NCBI GenBank assembly: GCA_049840735.1
Contig: JASGJN010000006.1
Location: 34,079-98,078, forward strand
DNA length: 64,000 bases
Source of the DNA: Anaeromyxobacter sp.
Lineage (GTDB): Bacteria > Myxococcota > Myxococcia > Myxococcales > Anaeromyxobacteraceae
Direction of reading: 5' to 3'
The notes below the pieces were generated by a model, which did no database searches, had not been told where the DNA came from, and saw only the letters and a program-made list of their open reading frames with translations. Position numbers and translations under genes: made by a program. Positions 63,279 through 64,000 of this stretch are shown here, in pieces (position 1 is the stretch's first letter; the number at the start of each line of letters is the position of its first letter).

Positions 63279-63955
63279 ATGCGCCATACACCCTTGCTCG
63301 CAGCCGCCCTCGTGTTGCTCTCCGGGACGGTGGCGAGGCCAACATGGTTGAGGCTAGCCTCGACCACCTTCGTCTCCGCCGGCCAGCAGACCAGGTACAC
63401 CGGCGGCAGACCCCGATTTCGTGACCGTCGCGCCTGCGTTCGAGGTCCTCGATCGCGGCCCGCGACATCACCAACCCGGTCGCGGACGATCTCCAGCTGG
63501 TGGTCTCCAGCTGGGCGTCCTACGACATGGGCGACCTGCGCTGGGACAACGGCACGACCGGCGATTCGACCGGCGACGTGACCAGCGGCTACATCCAGGC
63601 CAAGTTCGCCCGGCGCCACCTGACGTCTCGTCTCGCTGGACGTTCGTGGGCACCGGCGCGGCCCGGATGATCCAGGTCGACGGCGGCGAGGCGGTGGCCT
63701 TCCTGCCCCTCGGCCTCCGGCTCTCCGGCTACGTCGGCGCGCCGGTTCCCAGCGCATCCAGTTGCGCAGCGGGCTCCAGAGCTGGAACCCGGCCGGCGGC
63801 GACATGGCCTACGGCGGGCGCGCCTCCTGGACGCTGGTGGTCCCGGGCACCCCCGGCCCGCGGCCTGGACGTCGGCGCCTCCTACGCCCGGGTCGACGAC
63901 TTCGGCGACGTGGCGCGCGAGGAGGTCGCCGGCGACTTCCGCCTGCAGCCGTTCA
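63279..63955 (+). CDS. Mirror copy: 5' half of the porin gene, frameshifted and truncated
   Basis: MRHTPLLAAALV...DFRLQPF matches 43116-43798. Confidence 0.7.
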
Positions 63956-63994
63956 GGTGCTGTTCGGATTCTATCGTGTTTCCCTATTAACCTT
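63955..63994. other. Untrimmed Oxford Nanopore native barcode with flanks (recalled as NB04)
   Basis: AGGTGCTG + TTCGGATTCTATCGTGTTTCCCTA + TTAACCTT; abrupt GC drop exactly where homology to 43116 ends. Confidence 0.92.
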
Positions 63995-64000
63995 CACGAT

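Larger units (their letters stand above)
43116..63955. repeat. Giant inverted repeat / fold-back (arms ~43116-53450 and ~53483-63955), most likely a long-read artefact
   Basis: Nine genes or gene fragments recur in mirror order; the arms differ by scattered indels; the turn is inside a gene; the right arm ends in a nanopore barcode. Confidence 0.95.

Overview
This is very GC-rich (roughly 75% by eye, not computed) bacterial chromosomal DNA whose gene content fits an Anaeromyxobacter-like Myxococcota. Bases 1-43.1 kb are single-copy. They carry marR/ilvE with a twin palindromic operator, a tyrosine catabolic operon, zwf, a ribosome-rescue factor, a DEAD/DEAH helicase, four chemoreceptor-like genes flanking an extended PilT and a tandem-repeat partner protein, an FKBP, acs, a peptidoglycan-recycling operon, and a porin plus 12-heme lipoprotein cytochrome. 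From about 43.1 kb to the end, the window is one ~10.4 kb + ~10.4 kb inverted repeat that folds back inside an M16 peptidase gene at ~53.47 kb. It ends in an untrimmed Oxford Nanopore native barcode, so everything after ~53.5 kb is almost certainly a read or assembly artefact. Most frameshifts in the single-copy part resolve to GATC sites, which suggests basecalling errors at methylated GATC rather than pseudogenes. The best candidates for novel biology are the receptor-like/PilT/Sm-like cluster (19.8-27.9 kb), the porin-cytochrome pair, the HDAC with an extra C-terminal domain, and the period-3 Cys protein. No rRNA, tRNA, CRISPR array or transposase was seen. All product calls come from motif recognition; no database was searched.
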